From: an uncultured Thermoleophilia bacterium
Lineage (GTDB): Bacteria; Actinomycetota; Thermoleophilia; UBA2241
NCBI GenBank assembly: GCA_963715985.1
Contig: CAVQSP010000013.1
Span: 416,001-480,000, forward strand
Direction of reading: 5' to 3'
DNA length: 64,000 bases
The translations under genes and the position numbers were made by a program. The notes under the pieces were generated by a model. That model ran no database searches. It had not been told where the DNA came from and saw nothing but the letters and a program-made list of their open reading frames with translations. Below, piece after piece: positions 1 to 9,061 of the stretch. Each line of letters opens with the position of its first letter. The first letter of the stretch is position 1.

Positions 1-275
1 TCACCATGCAGACCCTCGCCATGGTCAAGGCTCAGCTTCCCGTGCGCACCACCGGCGGCCTCAGCAACGTCAGCTTCGGCCTGCCGAACCGCCCGCTCCT
101 CAACCGCACCTTCGTGGCGATGTGCGCCGGTCTGGGCATCGACGGCGCCGTCCTCGACGTGCGCAACAAGCAGATGATGGCCACCATCAAGGCGATCGAG
201 GCCCTGCGCGGCGAGGACAACTTCTGCGGCGGCTACCTCACCGCGCACCGCGCCGGTATCCTCGAAGCCCAGTAG
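1..275 (+). CDS. Pterin-binding methyltetrahydrofolate:corrinoid methyltransferase (AcsE/MT2-like), 5'-truncated by window edge
   Basis: GLSNVSFGLPNRPLLNRTF...GIDGAVLD is the conserved C-terminal motif of the MetH pterin domain/AcsE family. Confidence 0.8.
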   Translation, partial: TMQTLAMVKAQLPVRTTGGLSNVSFGLPNRPLLNRTFVAMCAGLGIDGAVLDVRNKQMMATIKAIEALRGEDNFCGGYLTAHRAGILEAQ

Positions 276-282
276 CACTGCC

Positions 283-1386
283 GTGAACGAGCCGGCGCGC
301 CCGCGCGCCCGTGAGCTGGGCATAGCTCCGGGCACCCTGCCCGCCGGCCCGCTCAACGCGATCACCGACGTGCCCGGCGTGCGCGTCGGCCACTGTACCG
401 TCTCGTGGGGCGGGCCCGAGCTGCCTTCCGGCAGCGGGCCCGCCCGCACGGGCGTCACCGCCATCTTCCCTCACGACGGCGACCTCTGGCGCGAACGCGT
501 CGTGGCCGGCGCGTTCGCCGCCAACGGCGTGGGCGAGGTCATCGGCATCAGCGCCATCCGCGAGTGGGGCCTCATCGAGACGCCGGTCATGCTCACCAAC
601 TCGCAGAGCGCCGGCGCCGTGTACGACGCCACCGTGCGCTGGATGATGGACCGCGACCCGGGTGTGGGCATCGAGGACGCGGCCATGCCCGTCGTCGGCG
701 AATGTGACGACGGCTTTCTCAACGACCTCCGCGGCATGCACGTGCACGAAGAGCACGTGCGACAGGCCTTGGACTCGGCCGCCGCCGGCCCCGTGGCCGA
801 AGGCTGCGTCGGGGCCGGCACAGGCATGACCTGCTTCGACTTCAAGGGCGGCATCGGCACGTCGTCGCGCCTCGTCGGCGCGCACGGCCTGCCGTTCACT
901 GTCGGCGTGCTCGCGCTCACCAACTTCGGCGAACGCCGCCGGCTGTCCGTGGACGGCGTCCCCGTGGGCAGCGCCATCACCGACCTCCTGCCGCTCGAGC
1001 ACCGCGAGGGCTCGTGCATCGTGGTCCTGGCCACCGACGCGCCGCTCACAGCACGGCAGTGCGAGCGGCTGGCCAAGCGCTGCGCTCTCGGCCTGGCCGT
1101 GACCGGCTCCGTGGCTGGGGACGGCAGCGGGGAGATCATGGTGGCCTTCAGCACCGCCCAGCGCGTGCCGCGCGCGTCCGCGGCGCCGCTGCAGTTCACC
1201 TCGGTGAGCAACGACCACATGCACGAGCTGTTCGAGGCCTCTGTGGATGCTACGGCCGAGAGCGTGCTCAACTCGCTGTGCGCGGCGCGGACCACCGTGG
1301 GGCGCGGCGGCAACACGGTCCATGAGCTGCCGCAGGATCGCCTCGTCGACGTCATGCGCGCCCACGCCTACCTGCCTCTCGCCTGA
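283..1386 (+). CDS. DmpA-like P1/S58 family aminopeptidase (Ntn hydrolase)
   Basis: GPLNAITDVPGVRVGH, RTGVT, ECDDGFLND, EGCVGAGTGM, FKGGIGTSSR and EG|SCIVVLATDAPL autoproteolysis site. Confidence 0.9.
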   Translation: MNEPARPRARELGIAPGTLPAGPLNAITDVPGVRVGHCTVSWGGPELPSGSGPARTGVTAIFPHDGDLWRERVVAGAFAANGVGEVIGISAIREWGLIETPVMLTNSQSAGAVYDATVRWMMDRDPGVGIEDAAMPVVGECDDGFLNDLRGMHVHEEHVRQALDSAAAGPVAEGCVGAGTGMTCFDFKGGIGTSSRLVGAHGLPFTVGVLALTNFGERRRLSVDGVPVGSAITDLLPLEHREGSCIVVLATDAPLTARQCERLAKRCALGLAVTGSVAGDGSGEIMVAFSTAQRVPRASAAPLQFTSVSNDHMHELFEASVDATAESVLNSLCAARTTVGRGGNTVHELPQDRLVDVMRAHAYLPLA

Positions 1387-1422
1387 CGGCGGGTGCCGGC
1401 GGCACGGCAGAGGCATCACGGC

Positions 1423-1452
1423 TTGCCCGGCCGCGCCCGGGAAGACTATTCT
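1423..1452 (+). promoter_or_regulatory. Putative sigma-A promoter of the dpp operon
   Basis: TTGCCC(1423-1428), 18 nt, TATTCT(1447-1452), about 275 nt upstream of the dppB start. Confidence 0.35.
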
Positions 1453-1727
1453 GACGCCAGCGACGACGGCCTCCGCGGCCGTCAGTCAGGTGTCCAGGGG
1501 GTGCATCGTCGAGGGAGTCGCACAGCCTTTGAGTCCCGCGTCCTCCGTGGGCACAGGTGTCGCCGCTCCGCTCCGCCGGGTCTCCGTCGTCGCCTCGTCG
1601 CGTCCGCAGCTGCGGAAGCGCCTCCAGCAGACCGACCACCAGCTCCGAGGTACGGCAACCGCGGATGTGAGAAGGAGGTAAGGGCTCGCGGCGTTCGGGG
1701 CCGAGCACCGGGCGAGCCCGGAGACAA

Positions 1728-2696
1728 GTGGACAAGCGACGATACTTCGTGCGGAAGATCCTGAACGCCGTGCTCACCATCGTACTGGTGGCGTCGTTCA
1801 ACTTCGCACTCTTCAGGATCCTCCCCGGCGACCCGGCGCGCCTGCTCCTGCCCAAGGGCAAGCAGGACCCGTCCGCCATCGAGAAGCAGCGCAAGACCTT
1901 CAACCTCGACAAGCCCATGTGGCAGCAGTTCGCCCTCTACTGGGGCGACACGCTGCAGGGCAAGTTCGGCATGTCCTTCTCCGAGAAGCGGCCGGTGACG
2001 GAGGTGGTGGCCGAGCGCATCTGGCCGACGGTGCTCCTTGTGGGCGTGGGTACGGTGTTCGCCACCATCGTCGGCATGATCCTGGGCGTGTTCGCGGGGT
2101 GGCGAAGAAACGGTGTCTTCGATGTGGTCACCACGAACACCGGCATGGTGCTGTACGCCATGCCGACGTTCTGGTTCGGCCTCCTCATGATCATGCTCTT
2201 CGCCACCAAGCTCCGCTGGTTCCCCACGGGCCGCATGGAAGAACCGGGAGTGGTGCTGAGCGGTTTCGCCGCCTTCCAGTCGCTGGCCAAGCACCTCTTC
2301 CTGCCCGCCTTCACGTTCGCCATCGCCTACGTGGGCGAGTACGAGCTCATCATGCGCAGCTCCATCACCGGCGTGATGAAGGAGGACTTCGCGCTCACGG
2401 CGCGCGCCAAGGGCCTCAGCGAGAACGCCGTGCTGTGGCGTCACGTGGTGCCCAACGCCATGCTGCCCACGGTCACCATCGTGATGATGAACCTGGGCTT
2501 CGTGATGTCCGGGGCGATCCTGGCCGAGAGCGTGTTCAACTGGCCCGGGCTGGGGCTGCTCTCGTATGAGTCGATGCAGAAGCGCGACTACCCGGTGATG
2601 CAGGCCGTGTTCCTCATCGCCAGCATCGCCGTGATCGTCGCCAACCTCATCGCCGACATCATGTACTACTACCTCGATCCGCGGGTGCACGCATGA
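1728..2696 (+). CDS. Peptide/nickel ABC transporter permease (DppB-like)
   Basis: RILPGDPA N-terminus, EAA-type loop DFALTARAKGLSENAVLWRHVVPNA, VFNWPGLG, RDYPVMQ. Confidence 0.92.
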   Translation: MDKRRYFVRKILNAVLTIVLVASFNFALFRILPGDPARLLLPKGKQDPSAIEKQRKTFNLDKPMWQQFALYWGDTLQGKFGMSFSEKRPVTEVVAERIWPTVLLVGVGTVFATIVGMILGVFAGWRRNGVFDVVTTNTGMVLYAMPTFWFGLLMIMLFATKLRWFPTGRMEEPGVVLSGFAAFQSLAKHLFLPAFTFAIAYVGEYELIMRSSITGVMKEDFALTARAKGLSENAVLWRHVVPNAMLPTVTIVMMNLGFVMSGAILAESVFNWPGLGLLSYESMQKRDYPVMQAVFLIASIAVIVANLIADIMYYYLDPRVHA

Positions 2697-4231
2697 TCCC
2701 CCGGCGGTTCAGGAACTGGATCCTCTTCTGGACGCCCATGACGTGGCTGATCCTGGAACTGGTCCTGTATCCCAAGGACGTGCCGCTCTCGGCCGGCTTC
2801 TCGGCGGTCGTCAAGGGCTTCTTCTCGGCGAGCATCGCCTCGTACCCGCCGTGGGTGATCATCCTGGCGGCGATCGTCACCATCGGGCTCGGCGTGCTTG
2901 GCCGGGTGCGCAAGACCAAGGCCGCGGCCTTCGACTACACGCTCATGCTCATGGGCGTCATCTTCGCCGTGTGGGCGTTCCTCGCCGGCGGCGGCACCTC
3001 CGGCTGGTCCGCCGGCGCCAGCGTCATCTCGTACGGCTGGGTGTTCCAGACCATCGAGGTCGTGCTCGGCGGTGTGGCCGCCTGGTTCTGGGCGTCCGGC
3101 AACGGCGAGCGCGCCGAACTGCTCGTGTGGAACACGCACCAGGTGTGGAAGCTCTACCGCGGCAACTGGCAGGGCATGGTGGGCCTCGGCATCCTCGTGG
3201 TCTTCCTGGCCATGGCGCTGCTGGCTCCGTTCCTCATCGACCACGCCCTGCTCGACCCCAACGCCCAGATCGCCGATCCGGCCACCGGCGAGCTCTTCGG
3301 CCCGTACCACCCGCCGACCTGGTACTGGCCGAACCTGTTCGGCACCGACCAGGTCGGGCAGTCGGTGCTGGCGCAGTTCATCTGGAGCGCGCGCATCTCG
3401 CTCATGGTCGGTCTGCTGGCCGCCATCATGTCCACCGTGGTGGGCGCGGGCATCGGCATCGCCGCCGGCTTCTACGGAGGCTGGCAGGGAGAGGTGTGGA
3501 TGCGGCTCACCGACGCGTTCCTCGTCATCCCCTGGCTGCCGCTCGCCATGGTGCTGGCCGCCGCCTGGGGACAGAACTACTGGATGATCATCGTGATCAT
3601 CGGCATCACCAGCTGGCCGGGTACCGCACGCGTGATCAGATCGGACGTGCTGCGCGTGCGCGAACTGCAGTTCATCGAACGCGCCAAGGCCATCGGCTCG
3701 AGCGGTGGGCACATCATGACCAAGCACGTCCTGCCCAACGTGATGCCGCTCATCTTCGCCAACCTCGTGCTGGTCGTGGCCATCGCCATCCTCTCCGAGA
3801 CCACGCTGTCGTTCCTCGGTCTCGGTGACCCCCTCAACTTCAGCTGGGGCACCATGCTCCACTACGCCTGGGTCAACGGCGCCGCCGGTCTGCCGGCCTG
3901 GTGGTACCTGCTCCCGCCGGGCATCGCGATCATCCTCGTGGTGCTGGCCTTCACCTTCATCGGTACGGCCTACGACGAGGTGCTCGATCCCAAGCTGCGC
4001 AAGCGCGAGGACAGCGGCACGGAGAGCCGCTTCGCGGCGCGTGGCGAGCCGGCGGTCGCCATGGGCGGCGCCGGCGTCGGCGGCGGCGGGGGCATCTTCA
4101 CGCCCGGCCAGCAGACCGACGACGCCATGCCCGACTTCAACAAGCCGGCCGGCGGTTCCATCGGCCGGCCTGAAGGCGGCGGCTGGGTCGGCGGCCACAT
4201 CCAGGACGACGAGGAAGGGGGCGAAGAATGA
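2693..4231 (+). CDS. Peptide ABC transporter permease (DppC-like) with N-terminal TM extension and C-terminal Gly-rich tail
   Basis: LFGTDQVG, ARISLMVG, FIERAKAIGSS..HIMTKHVLPN, ETTLSFLGLG, SWGTML; ATGA overlap with dppB. Confidence 0.9.
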   Translation: MIPRRFRNWILFWTPMTWLILELVLYPKDVPLSAGFSAVVKGFFSASIASYPPWVIILAAIVTIGLGVLGRVRKTKAAAFDYTLMLMGVIFAVWAFLAGGGTSGWSAGASVISYGWVFQTIEVVLGGVAAWFWASGNGERAELLVWNTHQVWKLYRGNWQGMVGLGILVVFLAMALLAPFLIDHALLDPNAQIADPATGELFGPYHPPTWYWPNLFGTDQVGQSVLAQFIWSARISLMVGLLAAIMSTVVGAGIGIAAGFYGGWQGEVWMRLTDAFLVIPWLPLAMVLAAAWGQNYWMIIVIIGITSWPGTARVIRSDVLRVRELQFIERAKAIGSSGGHIMTKHVLPNVMPLIFANLVLVVAIAILSETTLSFLGLGDPLNFSWGTMLHYAWVNGAAGLPAWWYLLPPGIAIILVVLAFTFIGTAYDEVLDPKLRKREDSGTESRFAARGEPAVAMGGAGVGGGGGIFTPGQQTDDAMPDFNKPAGGSIGRPEGGGWVGGHIQDDEEGGEE

Positions 4232-5253
4232 GCCCCACGAAGACGAAGGCCAAGGCTCCCGAGAAGAAGCCCGTCGAGCGCATCGAGCACGAAGGCCTGC
4301 TCGACGTGCGCGGTCTCACCACCTACTTCAAGCTCGGCGTCGGCGACGTCAAGGCCGTACAGGACGTGAGCTTCGTCCTCAAGCCCGGCGAGAGCCTCGG
4401 CCTCGCCGGCGAGTCCGGCTGCGGCAAGACCACGGCCGCACTCTCCATCCTCAAGCTGCTCCCCGAGAACGGGCGCATCGTGAGCGGCGACGTGCTCTTC
4501 GACGGCCGCAACCTCGCCAAGCGCACCGAGTACGGCATGAGCAAGATCCGCTGGAAGGAGATCAGCATCATCTTCCAGGGGGCGATGAACGCGCTGAACC
4601 CGGTGCAGGAGACGGGCAAGCAGATCGCCGAACCCATCCAGCTGCACGAAGGGCTCAGCGAGGGCAAGGCGATGGTGCGCGTCAAGGAGCTCTACGACCT
4701 CGTCGGCATCAGCCAGAAGCGCGTCATGGACTTCCCGCACCAGCTCTCCGGCGGCATGCGCCAGCGCGCCATGATCGCGATGGCCCTGGCCTGTAACCCC
4801 AAGCTGGTCATCGGCGACGAGCCCACCACAGCGCTCGACGTCATGGTGCAGGCGCAGATCCTCGAGCTCATCCACCGCCTGCGCACCGAGCTCAGCCTCT
4901 CCTTCATCCTCATCAGCCATGACCTCTCCGTGATGGCCGAGACCTGCGACAAGGGCGTCGTCATGTACGCGGGAGAGGTCGTCGAGAGCGGCACCACCGC
5001 CGACATCTTCAACAACGCCACGCACCCCTACACGCGGCAGCTCATCAAGGCGTTCCCCAACATCCACGAGAAACGCGAGATGGTCTCCTCCATCAAGGGC
5101 GACCCGCCCAACCTCGTGAACCCGCCCGCGGGCTGCGGCTTCTGCCCGCGCTGCGACGACAAGATCGCCAGCTGCGAGACCGAGCACCCCGGCCTCATCG
5201 AGGTCGAGCGCGGGCACTTCGTGCGCTGCGTCCACGCACAGAAGGGGGTGTGA
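4228..5253 (+). CDS. Peptide ABC transporter ATPase (DppD-like)
   Basis: Walker [32 protein letters not shown], Cys-rich GCGFCPRC tail. Confidence 0.93.
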   Translation: MSPTKTKAKAPEKKPVERIEHEGLLDVRGLTTYFKLGVGDVKAVQDVSFVLKPGESLGLAGESGCGKTTAALSILKLLPENGRIVSGDVLFDGRNLAKRTEYGMSKIRWKEISIIFQGAMNALNPVQETGKQIAEPIQLHEGLSEGKAMVRVKELYDLVGISQKRVMDFPHQLSGGMRQRAMIAMALACNPKLVIGDEPTTALDVMVQAQILELIHRLRTELSLSFILISHDLSVMAETCDKGVVMYAGEVVESGTTADIFNNATHPYTRQLIKAFPNIHEKREMVSSIKGDPPNLVNPPAGCGFCPRCDDKIASCETEHPGLIEVERGHFVRCVHAQKGV

Positions 5254-5255
5254 GG

Positions 5256-6332
5256 ATGGCGGCCACCGAGAATCCGACCGCGCGCACCGACATCTACGAG
5301 AAGGGCACAGTCCACGCCGACGACCTCTCGTCGGCCACCGTCAAGGACGGCGTGCTCTTCGACGTCAAGGACCTGGAGGTCTACTTCCCCATCCGCGAGG
5401 GGTTCTTCAAGAGCATGGTCTCCAGCGAGAAGAAGTTCGTGAAGGCCGTGGACCACATCAGCTTCCAGGTGATGCAGGGGGAGATCCTCGCCCTCGTCGG
5501 CGAGTCGGGCTGCGGCAAGACGACCACGGGGCGCACGCTGCTGCGCCTCGAGGAGCCTACCGGCGGCCACATCCTCTACAAGGGGCTGCCGGTGGAGAAG
5601 TTCTCGGCCAAGACGCTGCGCGCGTACCGCAAGAAGGCGCAGATCATCTTCCAGGACCCCTACAACTCCATCAATCCCAAGCAGACGATCTTCGACATCG
5701 TCGCCGAACCCCTCGAGGTCAACAACATCACCTCCAGCGAGCGGGAGAAGGAAGAGCGGGTCATCACCGCGATCAGCGAGGCCGGCCTGCGGCCGGCCAC
5801 CGAATACCTCTACCGCTACCCGCACGAGCTCTCCGGCGGGCAGCGCCAGCGCGTGTGCATCGCCGGCGCCACGGTGCTCGACCCCGACGTGATCGTCGCC
5901 GACGAGCCGGTCGCCAGCCTGGACGTCTCCATCCGCAACGACATCCTCAAGCTGATGGTGGAGGAGAAGGAGAAGCTCGGCGTCACGTACATCTTCATCA
6001 CCCACGACCTCTCCCTGGCCTGGGTGATCAGCGACCGCATCGCCGTGATGTACCTGGGCCGCATCGTGGAGATCGGCGAGACCGAGGAGGTCGTCGCCAA
6101 CCCGCAGCACCCGTACACGCGGGCGCTCATCAGCGTGATCCCGGTGCCCGATCCTCTGGCCAAGCGCGAGCACGTGATCCTCAAGGGCGAGACGCCGAAC
6201 CCGGTGGACATCCCGTCGGGCTGCCGCTTCCACCCGCGCTGCCCCGAGGCGATCGAGGCGTGCAAGGAGATCGACCCGCCCGACGTGCACATCGGCGGCG
6301 ACCACTACGCCGCCTGCATCAGGATCAAGTAG
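5256..6332 (+). CDS. Peptide ABC transporter ATPase (DppF-like)
   Basis: [40 protein letters not shown]. Confidence 0.93.
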   Translation: MAATENPTARTDIYEKGTVHADDLSSATVKDGVLFDVKDLEVYFPIREGFFKSMVSSEKKFVKAVDHISFQVMQGEILALVGESGCGKTTTGRTLLRLEEPTGGHILYKGLPVEKFSAKTLRAYRKKAQIIFQDPYNSINPKQTIFDIVAEPLEVNNITSSEREKEERVITAISEAGLRPATEYLYRYPHELSGGQRQRVCIAGATVLDPDVIVADEPVASLDVSIRNDILKLMVEEKEKLGVTYIFITHDLSLAWVISDRIAVMYLGRIVEIGETEEVVANPQHPYTRALISVIPVPDPLAKREHVILKGETPNPVDIPSGCRFHPRCPEAIEACKEIDPPDVHIGGDHYAACIRIK

Positions 6333-6344
6333 CAGAAGCACACC

Positions 6345-6379
6345 CGCGACGCGGGCGGCGGGACGCCGCCCGCGTCGCG
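6345..6379 (+). terminator. Perfect 16-bp GC hairpin between dppF and mttB (terminator or mRNA stabiliser)
   Basis: CGCGACGCGGGCGGCG-GGA-CGCCGCCCGCGTCGCG; no U-tract. Confidence 0.55.
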
Positions 6380-6401
6380 TCAGGACCGGTGGACCGGGCG
6401 T

Positions 6402-7916
6402 GTGCCCGGCCGGCGCGTCCACAGACTGAGGGGGCACCCGTTGCGGGACTCACGTATCGACATCTGGCCCGACGAGGCCATCGAGGCCATGCATCTGGCG
6501 TCGCTCGAGCTGCTGGAACGCGCCGGCGTCAAGGTCGAGTCGCCGGTCGCGGTCGATCTCCTCACCGCGGCGGGCTGCACCGTCGCCGCCGGGCGCGTGC
6601 GCGTGCCGCGGCAGGTGGTGGAGGACGCGCTCGCGGCGTGCCCGGACTCGGCCACGCTGGCCGCCCGCGACCCGCACCGCTCGCTGGTGTTCGACGGCGA
6701 GCCCGGGCCGACCTACGTGCACAACATGGGCGGCGCCCGCGACGTGGCCGACCCGCGCAGCGGGTCGCTGCGGCGCGCCTGTCTGCGCGACCAGGTGCTC
6801 TCGGCACGCGTCATGCACAGCCTGGTACACCAGGACCAGGTCACGTCGTTGTGGCAGCCGGAGGACGTCCCCGACCCGCTCGAGCCCCTGTACTCGTACC
6901 TGGTGCTCGCGCACGAGACCGACAAGGCCATCGGCGGGCCCGGCATCTCCTACGATTTCCAGGCCCGCTACCTGCGGGAGATGGCCACCGCCGTGACCGG
7001 CGCCGACGGCGCCCACGGCGTGTACCCGGTGGACCTCGCCTTCTCGCCGGTGAGCCCGCTCGTGCTCGGCGGCGAGGTCACGGACGCTCTCGTGGCCCAG
7101 GTGCGGCTGGGTGGCATCATCGTCGAGATCCTGCCATGCCCCGCCGCCGCCACCACGGCCCCGGGGACGCTCTCGGCGGCCATCGCCCAGCAGAACGCCG
7201 AGGTGCTCGCCGGCATCACGCTCACGCAGCTCGTCGCCCCCGGCACGCCGGTCTACTACGGGCCCCGGCTGAGCGCCGTGGACCCGCGCAGCGGTGTGGT
7301 GGTGTCGGGCACGCCCGAGACCGGCGTGGCCTCTGTGGCGGCAGTGCTGCTGGCTCGGCGGTACGGTCTGGCCTGCGACTGCTACGGCCCGTGCAGTGAC
7401 AGCAAGGTCGTGGACACCCAGTTCGGCTACGAGCGCGCCGTCAATGCGCTGCTCGGCCTGGCCGCCAGGCCTCGTCTCCTGTCCGGCGTCGGCGAGATCC
7501 AGGCGGGCGTGGCCAGCTGCCTCGAGGTGCTCGTCATCGATGACGAGGTGCTCAACAACGCCTTCTACGCGCTGGCCGAGCGGCCCTGGGACGCCGACGC
7601 GCTGGACGTGGACGCCATGGTGGACGGCGTGCTGTCCGGCCGCGGCTTCCTCGGCACCAAGCACACGCGGCGCTACATCCGCAGCGAGTTCGTCACCCCG
7701 CTGCTGAGCTACCGTGGCGGGCTCAACGACTGGCTGGCGTCCGGGCGCGGCGGGGTGGTCGACCTGGCGTCCGAGCGCGTCGCCGCCTTGGTCCAACGTG
7801 AGCCGGTGGGGCTGCCCGGCGACGTGCTCGAGGAGCTGTGCGGGCTCATCGCCGCCTGCGCCGCCGAGATCGGCATCCCCGAGTATCCCGATCCGCGCCG
7901 CGCGCTGGTCGTGTAG
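6402..7916 (+). CDS. Trimethylamine methyltransferase (MttB) family protein, pyrrolysine-free
   Basis: IEAMHLASLELLERAGVKV, SPVSPL, TAPGTLSAAIAQQNAEVLAGITLTQLVAPGTPVYYG, GTPE, SDSKVVDTQFGYE, FLGTKHT; uninterrupted 504-codon ORF. Confidence 0.9.
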   Translation: MPGRRVHRLRGHPLRDSRIDIWPDEAIEAMHLASLELLERAGVKVESPVAVDLLTAAGCTVAAGRVRVPRQVVEDALAACPDSATLAARDPHRSLVFDGEPGPTYVHNMGGARDVADPRSGSLRRACLRDQVLSARVMHSLVHQDQVTSLWQPEDVPDPLEPLYSYLVLAHETDKAIGGPGISYDFQARYLREMATAVTGADGAHGVYPVDLAFSPVSPLVLGGEVTDALVAQVRLGGIIVEILPCPAAATTAPGTLSAAIAQQNAEVLAGITLTQLVAPGTPVYYGPRLSAVDPRSGVVVSGTPETGVASVAAVLLARRYGLACDCYGPCSDSKVVDTQFGYERAVNALLGLAARPRLLSGVGEIQAGVASCLEVLVIDDEVLNNAFYALAERPWDADALDVDAMVDGVLSGRGFLGTKHTRRYIRSEFVTPLLSYRGGLNDWLASGRGGVVDLASERVAALVQREPVGLPGDVLEELCGLIAACAAEIGIPEYPDPRRALVV

Positions 7917-7931
7917 GGGCGGGGTCCGGGC

Positions 7932-9061
7932 ATGGCCATCCCATTTCCGTACATCCAGGCGCGGGGCTCGTACAGGGAACTTGGGCGCGCGGTGGGCGAG
8001 GGCGCCCGCGAACAGATCGGCGCGGCCATCGCGTTCTACGAAGAGCACTTCGCCGCGATGGCCGGCATCGACTTCACCGAGGCCGAGCGCCAGGCGCTCA
8101 CCTACCTCCCGTTCGCGCAGCGCTACCTGCCCCAGTATGTGGAGGAGCTCGAGGGCATGGCCGAGGGGTCCGGGCAGCCGTTCGTCAAGCTGCTCGTGCC
8201 CAACTGCGCCGAGGAGTTCACGTGCCCGGTGGACGAGGCCGGGGCCGCCCGACGGAGGTGACGGGCCGTATGAGGAGGGCCGCGGCCGCAGCCACGCGCC
8301 CGTGGCCGGTCACTTCTGCACGGCCGTGGCGGCCATGACGGACCACCGCCACCTGGTGGGCCACAACATGGACTGGTACGTGGTGGACGTGGACAAGAAC
8401 GTGCTGTTCGACCTCACCACGCCCACCGGCACGCGCATCGTCACGCTCGCGGGCGTTCCGTACCTGCCTATCCTCGGCATGAACTCCCACGGCGTGGCGT
8501 ACGTGGGCAACTCGGTGTACTCCAACGACGACCGCCTGGGCGTGCCCAACGTGTTCGTGCGCCGCTGGGCCCTCGAGGCCGAGAGCCTCGAGGAGGCGGC
8601 GGCGCGGGCCGCGATGCCGGTACGCGCGCGCGGCTCCAACCACCTCCTGGGGGATCGCGAGGGCCGCATCTGGGACGTGGAGACCTCGGCCCACGGCGCC
8701 GTGCTCACGGAGCACCAGGGCTTCGCCGCCCATACCAACCATTACGCGGCCCCGGCCATGGCCGTGTACGAGGGGTACCACAAGGCGGAGTCGCGGGTGC
8801 GTCTGGCCACGGCTGAAGGGGCGCTGAGCGCCGGCCTCGCGGAGCGGGGCCGACCCGATGGGCCTCATCGAGCGGGTGCTGCGCAGCCACGACAGGGAGC
8901 CGGACTGCATCTGCGGGCACCCGGACGAAGCCGAGCCGCTGGGCCGGCGCGTCATGACCGTGGCGAGCATGGTCTGCGACCTGGACGCCATGGAGCTGCG
9001 TGCCTGCGCCGGCCCGCCCTGCGAGAACCCCTACACCACGTGGTCGGTGGGGATCGGATGA
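7932..9061 (+). CDS. C45 family (acyl-CoA:6-APA acyltransferase-like) Ntn amidase; two apparent frameshifts (~8245, ~8850)
   Basis: N-terminal GSYRELGRAVG...YVEELEGMAEGSG, nucleophile motif CTAVAA (Cys codon 8317), GHNMDW, GMNSHGV, HTNHY, C-terminal TVASMVCDL...GPPC, spread over three frames. Confidence 0.8.

Noticed and set aside
6402-7916. Pyrrolysine recoding in mttB
   Set aside because: No in-frame TAG and no pyl genes in the window
8255-8265. Selenocysteine readthrough at the TGA ending the first C45 fragment
   Set aside because: Homology continues in a different frame, not past the TGA, so this is an indel
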